Below, piece by piece: positions 1-14,065 of a stretch of 64,000 bases of DNA (positions are counted from its first letter, which is position 1; each line of letters opens with the position of its first letter). The notes under the pieces were generated by a model. It did not search any database, was not told where the DNA came from, and saw only the letters and a list, made by a program, of their open reading frames with translations. The stretch lies in contig OX597835.1 in the NCBI GenBank assembly GCA_951406725.2, forward strand, positions 44,206,001 through 44,270,000. The letters are read 5' to 3'. The DNA is from Octopus vulgaris. Its lineage: Eukaryota. Made by a program: the position numbers and the translations under genes.

Positions 1-384
1 TGTGTGTGTCTGTGGGGGCATCATAGTCATGTATTCAGGGGGTTTCTTTGGAGTTGGAATAACTGTAACAAAAACAAGGTTTGAATGAATTATCAGCCAC
101 ATCTCATACTTCCGAAGAGTAAGCAAACAGGAAGTAACGGTTGTTATCCAAGGACAAGATTCTATTTTCACAATGTAAAACATGTGATTTATTGGAGATT
201 TTCTTTGTTATTGTAACAAAGCCAGGTGGCATTCTAAAGATTCTCCGGTTGGTTTGTATTTTATTGATTTAAGGTCAACGTGTCTTATGGCTTTAAGCTA
301 CAATTCATGATGCCAAAATGTAACCGATCATTTGCGTTGCTATCGTGTCCATTTTCTTGAATTTGTGTTTCAGAAATATGACAT

Positions 385-680
385 TTTATCTTTTACTTGT
401 TTCATATGTTGGACTGCGAGCCAGTACCTATCTTTCAAAGTCTGATTACTAATCACCCACTTTTTTGTCGATCCACTAAAGTTCGGAGAAATTAACTAAG
501 CAATATCGGTTGTTAATTGGCGTAGAAAGAAATACAAACACAAAACCACCCACACATCTATGCGACGCAAATTTTTCCACACGACATTAGGCGGCCCGGG
601 GCTATAGTAGGAGATACTTGTCCAAAATGCCGCGCAGCGGGACTGAACCCGAAACCACCTGGTTGCGAAGCGAGCTTTCT
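385..680 (-). mobile_element. Decayed tRNA-derived SINE (CORE-like family)
   Basis: ggggctatagtaggagatacttgtccaaaatgccgcgcagcgggactgaacccgaaaccacctggttg and the tail ttttacttgtttca match the reverse complement of the copy at 18984-19413. Confidence 0.65.
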
Positions 681-1389
681 TAGAATTTGCTGCTCTTTCC
701 AGCAAACCAGGCAATCTCGTAGACTTTCCCATTTTGGCGTGTAGGGTATTGATTTAAGGTGTAGCTGCCTTAAGTTATAATCATAAAGACATGTTGTTAA
801 GTTGTAAAATGCCAAATAATAAATAAATAGAGAAAGAAAGAAAGAAAGGAAAACACCCATAAAGACTCGTAAAATTCCACCGAATTCGATTCTCGCCACC
901 TTCGGATGCCAGTAATTGTGTATCTTGATTCTGTTTTGTTAAGGGAGGGATATTTGAGGTGAACGGATAACTGGTTAATAAATCACGCAATTGGAAGCGA
1001 TTTTATCATAATAAAACCTATTGATAGCTCAGGAATTAGCGCTTAAATAAAAACAACATTCCTTAGCAACAACAACAACAACAATCACAACAAAAGAATG
1101 AAATTTCTCGGTATTGTTTGTAAGTGCTATTTATTAGTTATTTATTTGGTTGTTGTTTTTGTTGTTGTTGTTTTATTAAACAGAGATTTGGCAGTTATGT
1201 GGTTTTCAAACCACACGAATTTGATGTTAACGTATTTTCACCAAAATATTTTTACGAACGTAGAAAAAACAAAAAAAAAGAATAGGATACAAGTGAAAAT
1301 CATGTAAATAAAAAAAAGAAATATTGTATGGAATTTAAGTTGAATGTTAGTTAATTTACTATTTTATGGGTGATAAAAATGATGAGGAC

Positions 1390-1428
1390 AATAATGATAA
1401 TAGTAATAATAATAATAATAATAATAAT

Positions 1429-1463
<35 letters not shown>

Positions 1464-1477
1464 TAATAATGATGATG

Positions 1478-1560
<83 letters not shown>
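1390..1560. repeat. (AAT)n microsatellite
   Basis: Direct trinucleotide run. Confidence 0.97.
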
Positions 1561-1569
1561 TACAAGTGT

Positions 1570-1700
1570 AGCAATAGAATGCCGCATGAAGCAAGGGAAT
1601 TTAGCTTTCGCTGGACCGATTGCAGAAGGGCTTTCGACAATCTTCCACACTGCTAGTTCTTGGAGTACGCAAGGAAGCTCAGAGTCAATGAGAAGACAAA
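1570..1700 (+). pseudogene. Decayed non-LTR reverse transcriptase fragment (R4/Dong-like)
   Basis: Translation WTDCRRAFDNLPH resembles the RT motif WIDYxKAFDSVPH; begins directly after an (AAT)n array. Confidence 0.5.
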
Positions 1701-2074
1701 CGGCTTTTTGCAAAAAGCAAGGAGCGCATGCGTAGTAAAAGTAACGTGCGCAAAGGAAACGTGAGGAAACATTATAATAATACGCAAGTGTGTTTTCCAG
1801 GGAAACTCGCTCTCTCGACTACTCTTCGTCACTGCGTTAATATTGTGTTGAGTCAAAAGTTTACCAATATTTTGGTACCTTATCTGCTTTATTCGTTAGT
1901 TTATAACAAAAGCAGTCTAGCATTGAATGTTGAGGCCATCATGTTCGCCCCATCTGAAGCTAGGTTTCTGCCAGTTCTTTCATCATTTGTTGATACCTAT
2001 TCTTGTTCTTTGACGCAGAGAATTTCTTCATTGAAGATTCCACCCCTTCTTGTTTAGCCGAGAGTGTTGCTTCA

Positions 2075-2355
2075 AAATAACAAGTGGTATCAACAGGAGC
2101 CAGACTTCCTGACAGAGAATGAGAGTAACAGGAGCTTATGAGACTTCCCCATAAATATTGACCATGCATTGAAGCCAAAAGACCAGATATGGTTATAAAG
2201 GAGAAAACAAACAGTGTATGATGATAGACTTCGCAATTCCTCATGACAACAGAGTCGATACAACAGAAGCTGAAAATATTGAGAAATATGAGGACCTAAC
2301 CGCAGAGCTAAAAAGTCTGTGGAAGTCTGAGACAACAATTATTCTTGTGGTAGAA
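2075..2355 (+). pseudogene. R4/Dong-like restriction-like endonuclease (RLE) domain remnant
   Basis: Frameshifted translation KWYQQEP..ENE..DFPINIDH / RPDMVIK / MIDFAIPHDNRVDTTEAENIEKYEDLTAELKSLW fits the RLE signature PD..D...E..KY.DL. Confidence 0.75.
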
Positions 2356-2641
2356 GTATCTCGAAGCATTTTTGCCGACGTGCAAACCATCTGATGATAA
2401 AACTTGGATTAATCTAAAGAATATTTGCCAATATTGAACATGTTAGATTGCTGCCTGATTTCTACGAAAAGTATCGATTAAAAACATTAAAAATAAAAAG
2501 GAAAAGAAAAGAGTATAACGAATCAAATTGGAAAACAAATGACGGAAATGTTAAAGCGTAACTATTTAAGTAACACTTGTGAAATTTACTGAGTTTTATC
2601 TCATGAAATGGATGCATTACAAATGTTCGTTATTGTGATAA

Positions 2642-3038
2642 TCTTTATATATAAAAGTGAGGTTGTGTGCTGTCTGTCTCCTACGCTTTAGATTCCTAAC
2701 TACTCCCACATTTTGCGGTGCAGTTTAACCAAAACCGGGTATCTTATAGTCGTGATTCATATCGAGCCCTTCTGGGTATTAGCGCGCGTCTACGATGAGT
2801 CTACGTTTAAAAAAAAAATTACCATAAATTTTTCCCATTTTTAATGCATTTTTGGCATATATAAGGGAAGTAACTCTCTAAAAATGTATTATTAAATCTC
2901 AGAACGTAAAAAGCTACAGTAACACCCCCCCCCTTTGTGGTTAGCCATATTGAGACGGCTATTATACTTTACAGCTCTAAAAATGCTTATATAGTAATTT
3001 CCCTTACAAACTCGAGCAACGCCGGGCGATACTGCTAG
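2642..3038 (+). mobile_element. Non-autonomous Helitron
   Basis: 5' TCTTTATATATAAAAG; 3' GC-rich ctcgagcaacgccggg followed by CTAG; flanked by A (2641) and T (3039) with no TSD. Confidence 0.75.
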
Positions 3039-3940
3039 TGTTTAATAAATGTTCAGTTGAGACGATTTGTAAACAAACTATCGAAGCGCGTTCAACAAGC
3101 ACCCGACTGAGTCGCTCTCACAGTAAGACCCATAAACAATACAAAATAAAGAATTATTATTCTGTCCGAGTTTAAAAGGAGAATGCGTACTTTGAATTTG
3201 GAACATATAATGTACAAAAATGGAATGCTTAAACGTCGGAACCATGAAAATCAAAGAAATTGGTTCCGAACAAAATATATTGCAATCCCAATAAAAGACA
3301 AATTGTACAAATACAACGAGAAAGGTAGAATTTGATACGGCCGAAGTGCGTCCTTATACTACATACATATATTTCAGCCACACCTTATACCAAAATCGAA
3401 ATTATAGCAATATTGGTTCAATAAAATTTAGAGATGAACTTAACTAGATCTGGATATACAGTAACATTTGACTTTCACAAAGCAGACTAGCAACATGAAA
3501 AAGATAAATTCTCTAAGTCAAATATAGAAATGAAAAGGGATTCCGTAAAAGAAATATTTTACGAGAAAAACACAAATAATGAACAGAAAACCACCGAAAC
3601 AAATACCAAGAACATAGAATAATCATAGAAAGGATAGAAAGCAAACGGCGGAACCTTAGAAACCACGATGAATATAGACAAAGCAGAAGAAAACATTTAG
3701 AATTGGAAATGAGGAGGTTTTGGGGGAAAGAAAAGTGCATTCTAAAAGAATAATCTGAAGATGGAAATAAAGAATTACAAGGAACAAAGCAACTTCCTTT
3801 GAATGAACGATTCTACTGCAGGGTCTACCGATCCTGGCATCTCGCGACCTTTAAGGGTTTCTAATTTAGGTAGAAACCAGAACTATGGAAATATATAAGG
3901 CAGTCGATACCTTGCGCTTTGTTACTTGACTGATACCTTA

Positions 3941-4328
3941 ATTTTCTCTACTTTAGGCACACGGCCCGAAATTTTGGGGGAGGGGGCAGTCGATTAGATC
4001 GACCCCACTACGCAACTGGTATTTAATTTGTCGACTCTGAAAGGATGAAAAGCAAAGTTGATCTCGGCAGAATTTGAACTCAGAACGTAGCGGCAGATGA
4101 AATACCTATTTCTTTACTACCCACAAGGGGCTAAACACAGAGAGGTCAAACAAGGACAGACAAACGGATTAAGTCGATTATATCGACCCCAGTGCGTAAC
4201 TGGTACTTATTTAATCGACCCCGAAAGGATGAAAGGCAAAGTCGACCTCGGCGGAAATTGAACTCAGATCGTAACGACAAACGAAATACCGCTAAGCATT
4301 TCGCCCGGCGTGCTAACAATTCTGCCAG
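3941..4328 (-). mobile_element. Dimeric tRNA-derived SINE (Meta-like domain)
   Basis: Two tandem blocks, reverse complement of gccgaggtcgactttgcctttcatcctttcggggtcgat...gtaccag, with a tRNA-like head near 4290-4328; same junction as 14066-14455. Confidence 0.85.
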
Positions 4329-5079
4329 ACTGATATTTGATTCTATTCAGCACGTAGGAATGATAGGCTGTGTTGACTTCCGCGGTATTTGCACTCAGAA
4401 TGTAAAGAGCTGAAACAGCACAAAGCGTGTTCGTTCGGCGTTCTAAAGATATTGCTTGCTCTTTGTCCTTAAGAATTTCTGATTTAGTCACGGGACCAGT
4501 GACTGAGATGGGTGTGGGTTCTAATTCAATACAATAGATCCTCGTGTTCGTTTAGCATTTTATATCATCGAAACCTTTCTGGGTAGTGAAACGCAAGGAT
4601 AAAACCGGGTGGGACTTGAAATCAGAACCTAATGCTTCAAAAAACGAAAACTGCTAGGCAGTATTTCCGACGCTCCAATGATTCTACCAGCGCAATGAAT
4701 ATTTGCAATACAAAGAACTAATAGAATTACATCAGATTAAACTCTGGTTATCAGTTTACGTAACATAATTTAGTAAAAATATTACAACTGTTGATAATTT
4801 CTAACGGTTGCTCACAAAAGTATCTCGATGTGATATCTTATGTAAAATATTTAAAGAAATAAATTGATATGAAAATACATGTTAAAACATGTGGTAGAGA
4901 AATATAAAGAGAAAACAAAACATAAAATTAAAAATTTAAAAATATTATTAACAATAAAAACCTTAATGGGAATTGTAATGATTGTTAGTATTTGTATGAT
5001 CAGTTTTAGACGCGTTATGATTATGTTTATTAATAATATTGAGAGAGATAACAGCTAAAGCAGAGTAAATTCCAACGCG

Positions 5080-5090
5080 TAATGATAATG

Positions 5091-5121
<31 letters not shown>

Positions 5122-5245
5122 TAATAATAATAATAATTAATATAAATAATAAAGTAACTATACTGATGACAAATATAATATAAATGACATCAAAAATAAA
5201 ATAAAGGCATTAGTAATAATAATACTAATACTACTACTAATAATG

Positions 5246-5282
<37 letters not shown>

Positions 5283-5385
5283 TAATAAATATTAATAATG
5301 AAGTAACGATGTCGATGATAAATATAATAATATACATGTCATCAGTAATAAAATAAAAACAATATTAATAATAATAATAATAGTA

Positions 5386-5443
<58 letters not shown>

Positions 5444-5460
5444 TGATGATGATGATGAAT
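5080..5460. repeat. Interrupted (AAT)n/(GAT)n arrays
   Basis: Direct repeats. Confidence 0.9.
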
Positions 5461-5624
5461 AATGCATGACGTGGAAGAACACGAATGGGAAAATATCATT
5501 AAGGGTAATAATACGAAAATGCTTCATTATGATAAATGAAAGCTGTAATAAGTTTCACCGCCATATTTAATTTAATAATCGAGTAACATAAATTCGAACG
5601 TGACAACAGAACAATAACAAGGAT

Positions 5625-6090
5625 ACTACGAAGAAGGATAAACAAGGTGTAGAAGAAGGGGAAGAAGAAAAAGAAGGTGAAGAAGAAGTAGGAAAAAAGA
5701 GGAAGGAAAAAAGAACAAGGGAAAGAAGAAGAAAAAGAAGTAGGAAAGAAGAGGAAGGAGAGGAAAAAGAAGGTGGAAGAAGGAAAGAAGAGGAAGGAGA
5801 AGAAGAAGAGGAAGGAGAAAAGAAGAAAAGGAAGAAGAAGAAGAAGAAGACGGTGAAGAAGAAGAAGGAAAGAAGAGGAAGGAGAAGAAGAAGGGGAAGA
5901 AGAAGAAAAAGAAGAAGAAGAAGAAGGAAAGAAGAGGGAGGAAAGAAGAGGAAGGAGAAGAAGACGGGGAAGAAGTGGAAGGAGTAAAGAAGAGGAAGAA
6001 GAATAAAAAGAAGAGGAAGTAGAAGAAGAAGAGCAACAACAAGAATTAGAGAGAAAAATTCAAACAAAAGAGAAGAATGAAAAAATGAAG
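5625..6090. repeat. Purine-rich (GAA/GGA) low-complexity tract
   Basis: About 460 bp that is almost entirely A/G on the + strand. Confidence 0.9.
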
Positions 6091-6429
6091 GAAATATAAA
6101 ATAAAATTATAAAAACGAAGATGGCTGCGATGTTTCATCTGTTAACAGCAAATTTAACTTCTCAAGACGAGTACACACGTTTTAGTGATATTGCTAGCAT
6201 TAGTTTCAGCTTCGTCTTACTTACACAACGGAGATGGCTGCATTGATATTGTTAAAATGGTGCTGAGAAATGGATGGCGATGCGTGATGCGTGATAAGGC
6301 GACGAAAGTTCGCGTGTTCGTCTTTGCATTAATGTTTGTAGCTGAGAGGTTTAAGTACGTAATCCTAAAACGATGAGTGACTGACTTAAGCCATCAATTA
6401 TACAATTTTCGTTTCACCCACGCAACACC

Positions 6430-6531
6430 ATATATACGCACATACATACATACATACATACATACATACATACATACATACATACATACATACATACATA
6501 CAAAAACACATACATACATACATACAAAAAC

Positions 6532-6574
<43 letters not shown>

Positions 6575-6614
6575 TATGTATACATATATACATATATATA
6601 TATATGTATACTTA

Positions 6615-6646
<32 letters not shown>

Positions 6647-6799
6647 CATGTGTGTATGTATATGTATCTCTCTCTCTCTCTCTCTCTATCTATTTATATA
6701 TATATATATATATGTATATATATGTATGTATATATATATGCACCTACATATATATGTATACGTATATACAAACATATACACACATATACGTATACATGC

Positions 6800-6850
<51 letters not shown>

Positions 6851-6962
6851 TGTTGATTTACCAGAAGCGATAAATTACAGAACTTACTACACACACATAT
6901 ACACGAACACATACACACTCCCAGAGACAAACACAGGCACACACGCACACAATCACACACAG

Positions 6963-6990
<28 letters not shown>
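6430..6990. repeat. Compound (TACA)n/(TA)n/(TC)n/(CA)n microsatellite
   Basis: Direct repeats. Confidence 0.95.
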
Positions 6991-6994
<4 letters not shown>

Positions 6995-8435
6995 TGAGAC
7001 TCTTACATGTTTTGAGAGGGTAAGGAAAAGTGTGGAATGTGGGCATTAGATTAAGCTAACGTAAATAGCGGTATGAAGTCAACGCGCGTGTTTTATAAGC
7101 TGTACAAACATTAAAAAGCAAACAACTTTCTCAGTACGTCAAGCAGAATTTATATTAATTATTATTATTTTTTAAAATTAAAACTAGACAAGTTACAAAT
7201 ACAAGTTTCACGCCTCCGAACCTCAGGCGACTATAAAATAAAGTGAACCGCACTACCACTTCATGCAATGGAGTACTTGCAAAATTTTTTAAAAGAACAC
7301 CTCCAATAACATTTGTTATCAGAATTCAAGTGAACAGTTATACACAACAGCATGAGTGAGAAGAATTATTATGGAGTAGCGGAATGATATGAATTGATAT
7401 CTATGTAAATGAGGGTAAGAACGAATAAAAATGAGCTGAAATAATTAATTATAAAAAAAGAGAAAAATAAACAAAATAAAAATAGTCTAAAGTCAACACA
7501 AAAAATAAAAGATACATAAAACTGAAATAAATATATAAATAAAGACGATTAAATAAAAGCAAGGTTGAGGCTCTAAGGATATAACATACATAGATAGCAA
7601 ATAACATCGAGATATTACATAATGGAGTTAGAGAGAAAATGTTATATTCAGTCTATTCTTAAAGTAATTCGTGTCTATAAAAGAAAGTTGTGAATAAATG
7701 AACGTGAGCAATATTACAGTAGCGAATTTTATTAATGAAACTATATAAAAGATAATTTCTATACGCATGATCAAATGTTATAAAATTTCTTTTACAATGA
7801 ATATTTTAAAAGACGAATACAAGAATAGAAAAAGAGACAACAAGAATACATAGCATTATGAGATACTGGTTATAACCGTGGGGCAAATGTAACGATAGTT
7901 AGGAACCATTCACGCGCACATGCACACACACATATTTATTTTAGTATAGGTTCCAGATTTTACAATAAATCTAATCTCTGCGCATAATGAAGAAAGTTAT
8001 TTTTCTGGAATATTGACAGAAGTCTTCACAAGCAAAGCCTTCCCTTCTTCTATCTTCGCGCCACTGTGTTAAGCTTTCTACAGTGTGTCAGCTGTTTCAT
8101 CGCAGGTTTGCAGCCAGAACTCAATGGCTTCAAACAGTTACCCACCACAAAGCTGGGTCTAGCAAATCTGTTCCGTATTTGTACTTAAAAAGAAACAAAC
8201 TTTTCATCTTCCGTGAAATCATAGGACTCAATACAAAGGCAGGAACTCTATAGTGTTGGTTCGCTTTTGGTTCTCTGGTCGAGAAGATCAATGATGAAAG
8301 ACAATCCAACCGAGCCAAATTTGTCATGGGTAAAGTGCATCCAGACCCACATTACTCGACTTGTTGGTTTTACTTCAAACAACGGGGTGTGCTTTGAAAG
8401 ATACTTGTTTTCCATTACTAGCAAATCATAATACC

Positions 8436-8622
8436 TATTTCTTTACTACTCACAAGGGGCTAAACACAGAGGGGACAAACAAGGACAGACAAACGGATTA
8501 AGTCGATTACATCGACCCCAGTGCGTAACTGGTACTTAATTAATCGACCCCGAAAGGATGAAAGGCAAAGTCGACCTCGGCGGAATTTGAACTCAGAACG
8601 TAACGGCAGAAGAAATACGGCT
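8436..8622 (-). mobile_element. Meta-like SINE monomer, head truncated
   Basis: Near-identical to 4108-4290 and 25698-25900. Confidence 0.85.
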
Positions 8623-8946
8623 AGCAAACCCTAATACCACACACACACACACACACATGCACACGTAGAGACATCTCTCCCTGTCAATTCACACACGTAC
8701 ACATATATCTCGCTCCCTCTATGTGTATGATTGTGTGTATTATCTCCCCTCTGTTTTTCTTTTTTTTCTTCTTCCTTATCAACTCTTTCTTCTCTAAATA
8801 TCTTCTGCTCAAAAGACAACTAAAAAACAACTGTCATGTTCTCAGCTTAAAAAATGGCCAAATGAATTTTTATTTCTACCAGGAAACCTTGGGTAGGTGT
8901 ATTTCACAAGAATCGTGGCTTTTATAACATTACGCACGCACACACA

Positions 8947-9012
<66 letters not shown>

Positions 9013-9034
9013 CACACACACATACATATCAAAG

Positions 9035-9545
9035 GAATTAGCCAGTAAGATCCATGGTGGCGGAGTCCGAAAGAGTAGTCAGATACAATGGTAACTCGGG
9101 TGGACTGATGGTTAGGTGGATGAGGAGATGTACCGGAAGTTTGAGAAGGTAGGAGAGATAGAAACCCAAGAGAAGCGGAAGTTCCATCAAACTGTGGTGA
9201 CCACGTGAACGTATGTGATATAGAGTTCAAATTTACAGAAAACAAAAGACGAAGAAAGGTGAAGAAACAACAAGCAAGTGTGTTAGTTTGACGCTTAGGA
9301 AGAATGGAAAAGTCTTTGACATTTCGAGCCTACGCTCTTCGATAGAAAGGACTGATAGGTAAAATTTGAAAGAGAACGAAAGAAAACGGAGGATTCTTTC
9401 TTTCTTTTCTCTCTCTCTCTCTCTCTCCCTCACTTTTCTTTGGTTTTCTCTCCATTTTCTTCTTCTCAAAACTTTCTGTCGAAGAGCGTAGGCTCAAAAC
9501 TTCAGAGACTCTTCTATTCTTTCCGAGTGTCAAATGTGCTTATTG
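9035..9545. mobile_element. Fold-back element with two decayed hammerhead-like motifs (putative Penelope pLTR derivative)
   Basis: About 9285-9350 is the inverted counterpart of about 9471-9535; motif cttt-CTGTCGA-agagcgtaggctc-(G)AAA. Confidence 0.6.
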
Positions 9546-9552
9546 CTCCCCC

Positions 9553-9585
<33 letters not shown>

Positions 9586-9608
9586 GCACACACAAACACA
9601 CACACAAC

Positions 9609-9674
<66 letters not shown>

Positions 9675-9838
9675 TAATATACGCTTATTATAACTCTCGT
9701 CAATACGGCTTCGAACATTAGACTATGGGTTTTTCAAATATTTTTAAGTAACCGCAACAGGTCAAACTGCATACACTCTGTTAATCAGATTATAACAACA
9801 ACAACAACAACAACAACAACAATAACAATAATAATAGT

Positions 9839-9905
<67 letters not shown>

Positions 9906-9909
<4 letters not shown>

Positions 9910-10130
9910 TAAAAAATATTCAGACAAATACATAACAAAAACACCAGGACTTACAAACACATATAACATACAGAAAATTGCACTACTAGGCACTACACAC
10001 ACCCTACGCAAAACACTTTCAATACAGTAACCATCAGAGCACCACAACAAATCACAGCACATACCCAAGGCACACAGAGCTGCGCTCGGTAGTGAAGTGA
10101 AAGCACGCTATAAAAAATAAAACTACTGAA
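9906..10130 (+). mobile_element. 5'-truncated R4/Dong-like retrotransposon 3' end inserted in (AAT)n
   Basis: KYSDKYITKTPGLTNTYNIQKIALLGTTHTLRKTLSIQ* (stop 10028-10030) matches the RLE-clade C-terminus IQKxxLLGTAHILR; short 3' UTR; (AAT)n on both sides. Confidence 0.8.
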
Positions 10131-10156
10131 TAATAATAATAATAATAATAATAATG

Positions 10157-10211
<55 letters not shown>

Positions 10212-10559
10212 CAATTATTAAAGGGAAGCAAGCACAACTGGATGGAACTCAGAACTATGCAAATAGGATGAAATCTCTTTAGACATCGAATCCATTCTAT
10301 GACGTATTTATTCATTTATCCGAAATGAATATTCGCACTAACGATACATGTTGCCCCATGTTACCTGCCCGTTTTCATACATGCTACTTATCATCACGTG
10401 CTACCCTGTTGCCCTTGAGAAACATCTGGGTAACATGAATCGCAAAGTGGCGACAAAGGAAACTGCATCTTTGCATAAAATGAATAAAATAAACGCCATT
10501 ACGAATGGCATACGTGTTAAATAAATGTTCTTTTCGTACATTCCTACATCCAAAAGGGC

Positions 10560-10574
10560 ATGTATGTATGTATG

Positions 10575-10636
<62 letters not shown>

Positions 10637-10644
10637 TATATTAT

Positions 10645-10707
<63 letters not shown>

Positions 10708-10719
10708 TTATATACATAC

Positions 10720-10760
<41 letters not shown>

Positions 10761-10769
10761 CATGCATAC

Positions 10770-10847
<78 letters not shown>

Positions 10848-11128
10848 GTATGTATATAATATATGTATATATATATGTATATGTATATATATGCATATGT
10901 ATATTTATATGTATATATATATATATATATGTATCTATATTTATATATATGTATATATATGTATATGTTTATATATATGTATGTATAGATACATACAAAT
11001 ATATTTGCGTACATACATATATATAAACACATGCATATGTACCTATATATATGCTCATGTATATGTATAATTAAATATATACACACACATGTACTTATGT
11101 GTGCGCGTGCATTTGACTTTGAATATAC

Positions 11129-11188
<60 letters not shown>

Positions 11189-11200
11189 ATATATATATAT
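10560..11200. repeat. (TA)n-rich compound microsatellite
   Basis: Direct repeats. Confidence 0.95.
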
Positions 11201-11430
11201 TGTGTTCTTTAGAAGTACACTTTCCACATAGATGCAGGAGAAAGAAGTTTGCCAGCGGCAAACATATGATAAATAGTTTCTTTTGCATGTGTTTGCTGAA
11301 AATTTGACGTGTAAACCCATTAGAAGACAATGCAGGTAATTATTTCAACAATATATAATCAAATGGATACACATGAACCACATCCACACATTGCATGAAC
11401 TCAGACACACTGACACACACACATGTATGA

Positions 11431-11486
<56 letters not shown>

Positions 11487-11547
11487 GTATATTTATATTC
11501 ACACGTACATCTATGTATATATATATACATTATATATACATCTAGAA

Positions 11548-11583
<36 letters not shown>

Positions 11584-11605
11584 CGAGATAGATAGATAGA
11601 TAGAT

Positions 11606-11656
<51 letters not shown>

Positions 11657-11863
11657 TAGATATACAATAGATAGATCGATATGTTGCCACTCTCGCACAA
11701 ATCCAACGACTTCCACCAAGCGCACATTACATTCGTTCATATGAATATATAGTCATGACTATATGAATATATGCGTATTCATAGATATATACAAGTTTAC
11801 ATATACATCGAAATAACTATATAGTTATGTTAGTAATGTATATATGTACGTATATGTATATAA

Positions 11864-11900
<37 letters not shown>

Positions 11901-11902
<2 letters not shown>

Positions 11903-12142
11903 GGAGTAAACACATAAATGTGAAACAAGGTGGAAAAAAGAGTACTCAAATACCAGTGGTAGAGTAATATGCTTTATTTTAAGCAGCAGAAAATTCAACA
12001 AAATCTGTTACTCTGAGTTTCTCGTTGCCGTTCATCAGACAGTTTTTGCTAGAATATATATTCTAGCAAAAACTGTCTGATGAACGGCAACGAGAAACTC
12101 AGAGTAACAGATTTTGTTGAATTTTCTGCTGCTTAAAATAAA

Positions 12143-12143
<1 letters not shown>
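11901..12143. mobile_element. Fold-back element containing a perfect 172-bp palindrome (11972-12143) with hammerhead motifs, between (TA)n tracts
   Basis: 86-bp arms centred on gaatatatattc (12057/12058). Confidence 0.8.
12073..12110 (+). ncRNA. Minimal type I hammerhead ribozyme motif
   Basis: ctgt-CTGATGA-acggcaacga-GAAA-ctcagag-TA-acag; stem I ctgt/acag; GUA triplet; stem II weak (terminal A-A mismatch); mirror copy on - at 12005-12042. Confidence 0.7.
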
Positions 12144-12184
<41 letters not shown>

Positions 12185-12351
12185 CAACGAATTGCCTTAC
12201 CACATACCGAATTTAGAAATAGCAGTCAAAGAGTTATAGCTATTTCTTCTACTAAATTTTCCTCGAATGAGGCTTTTACATGCCGAAGACTACTTGGTGT
12301 AATTGATAATTATTCCAAATTAATTAATTTCACCCTTCATTATTACGGATA

Positions 12352-12451
<100 letters not shown>

Positions 12452-12487
12452 TACATACACACACATACACGCACACACAGACACACA

Positions 12488-12532
<45 letters not shown>

Positions 12533-12633
12533 TGACACTTCATAAGTAAATAGACACCACATAAAACGTCCTTTTGTGTGCTTTCTAACTTGTAAATGTA
12601 ATTGGCATTTGTTGTATATGTGACTGTTTAATC

Positions 12634-13422
12634 ATGCCATTGTACAGAAGAAGCCTTGGAACTCTCTGAATTTCAAAGAAGCCATATTGTGGGTCGTTCT
12701 GAAGATGGACATATTGCGAAATCGCAGAAAGACCTTGGGCTCCCGCTTTCTATTGTTAATAGAGTGATTGTGAAATTCACCAGAGAGAAGGAGTCAACAT
12801 CACCTCGCCCAGATCAACCAGGCCCCCCTGACGAGACCCTTCTATTTGCTAACAGTAGTGTAGAGTATAATCCTCGTTGCAAGGCCTCTGACAGCCGAAA
12901 AAGTTGATGTCAGTCCCAGAACAGCTGTCAGGTATCTCCACAAACTTTGTTACTATGGCAGAGCAGCAGTAAGGAAGCCATCTCTTCGACCAGTCAACAT
13001 CAAGCGGAGAAAAGATTGGGTCAGTGAGATTATGGAGAGGCCACTAGCATTTGGGACACTATCATATTCTCTGATGAGTCTAGATTTGCTGTATTTTCTG
13101 ACAGTGGTCGAATGTGGGTCTGGAAACTCTGTGATCAAGGATTTGATATGAAAGATTGCTTCCAACAATGAAACACGGCAGCTATTCTGCAATTGTCTGG
13201 GAGGAAATTTGGAGCAATGGTTGATCAGAGCTGGCGGAGTGTGAGGGAAAGATAAACTCAAATAAATATATGTCCATATTGCAGAAAGGACTCCTTCCAA
13301 TCGTCTCCAGTGGTGAAATAATTAAATAAGACTCTTTATTTATGGAAGATGGGACTCCTTGAAACACAGCTAATATGACCTAAGATTTGTTGGAAGAGAA
13401 TGGCATTAAAAAGCTTCCATAG
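12634..13422 (+). pseudogene. Decayed Tc1-family transposase
   Basis: [12 protein letters not shown] (HTH start), VSPRTAVRYLHKL..YGRAAVRKP, FSDESRF, KINSNKYMSIL, FMEDG; multiple stops and frameshifts; cut off by SINE sequence before the catalytic E. Confidence 0.85.
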
Positions 13423-13717
<295 letters not shown>

Positions 13718-14065
13718 TATATATGCACACATACAAGGATACACACATACAAGGATACACACACACACACATATATATATACACTCATAAACAGAATATT
13801 GTGGATTGAAATGGTAACGAGCAGACGAATTTCTCGTGAAGTCCAATGGCTCGATTCTGGTGTTTAGTAGCTACACTTGGACATTAAGTACTCGCACAGT
13901 AGACAATAAATCACATGGCCCTTTATGACTTACACTCAACTCACACCAGATGTCCTCGCTCGAACTGCTTGAAATAGCAGCAATTTCACCCTTATAACAT
14001 TACCTACCTTGTAAAATGAATTTTATGCGATCTTTAGATTGAATGAATTAATGTTAGTTGAGTAT

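Noticed and set aside
3050-3800. Possible old LINE remnant (A-rich, coding-like composition)
   Set aside because: No motif could be read with confidence.
7970-8430. Possible hAT transposase C-terminal remnant on the minus strand (DPALWW)
   Set aside because: Only a short motif with many stops; insufficient without a profile search.
13071-13082. CTGATGAGTC resembling a hammerhead core
   Set aside because: It encodes the FSDES motif of the Tc1 transposase, and no matching stems or GAAA follow.
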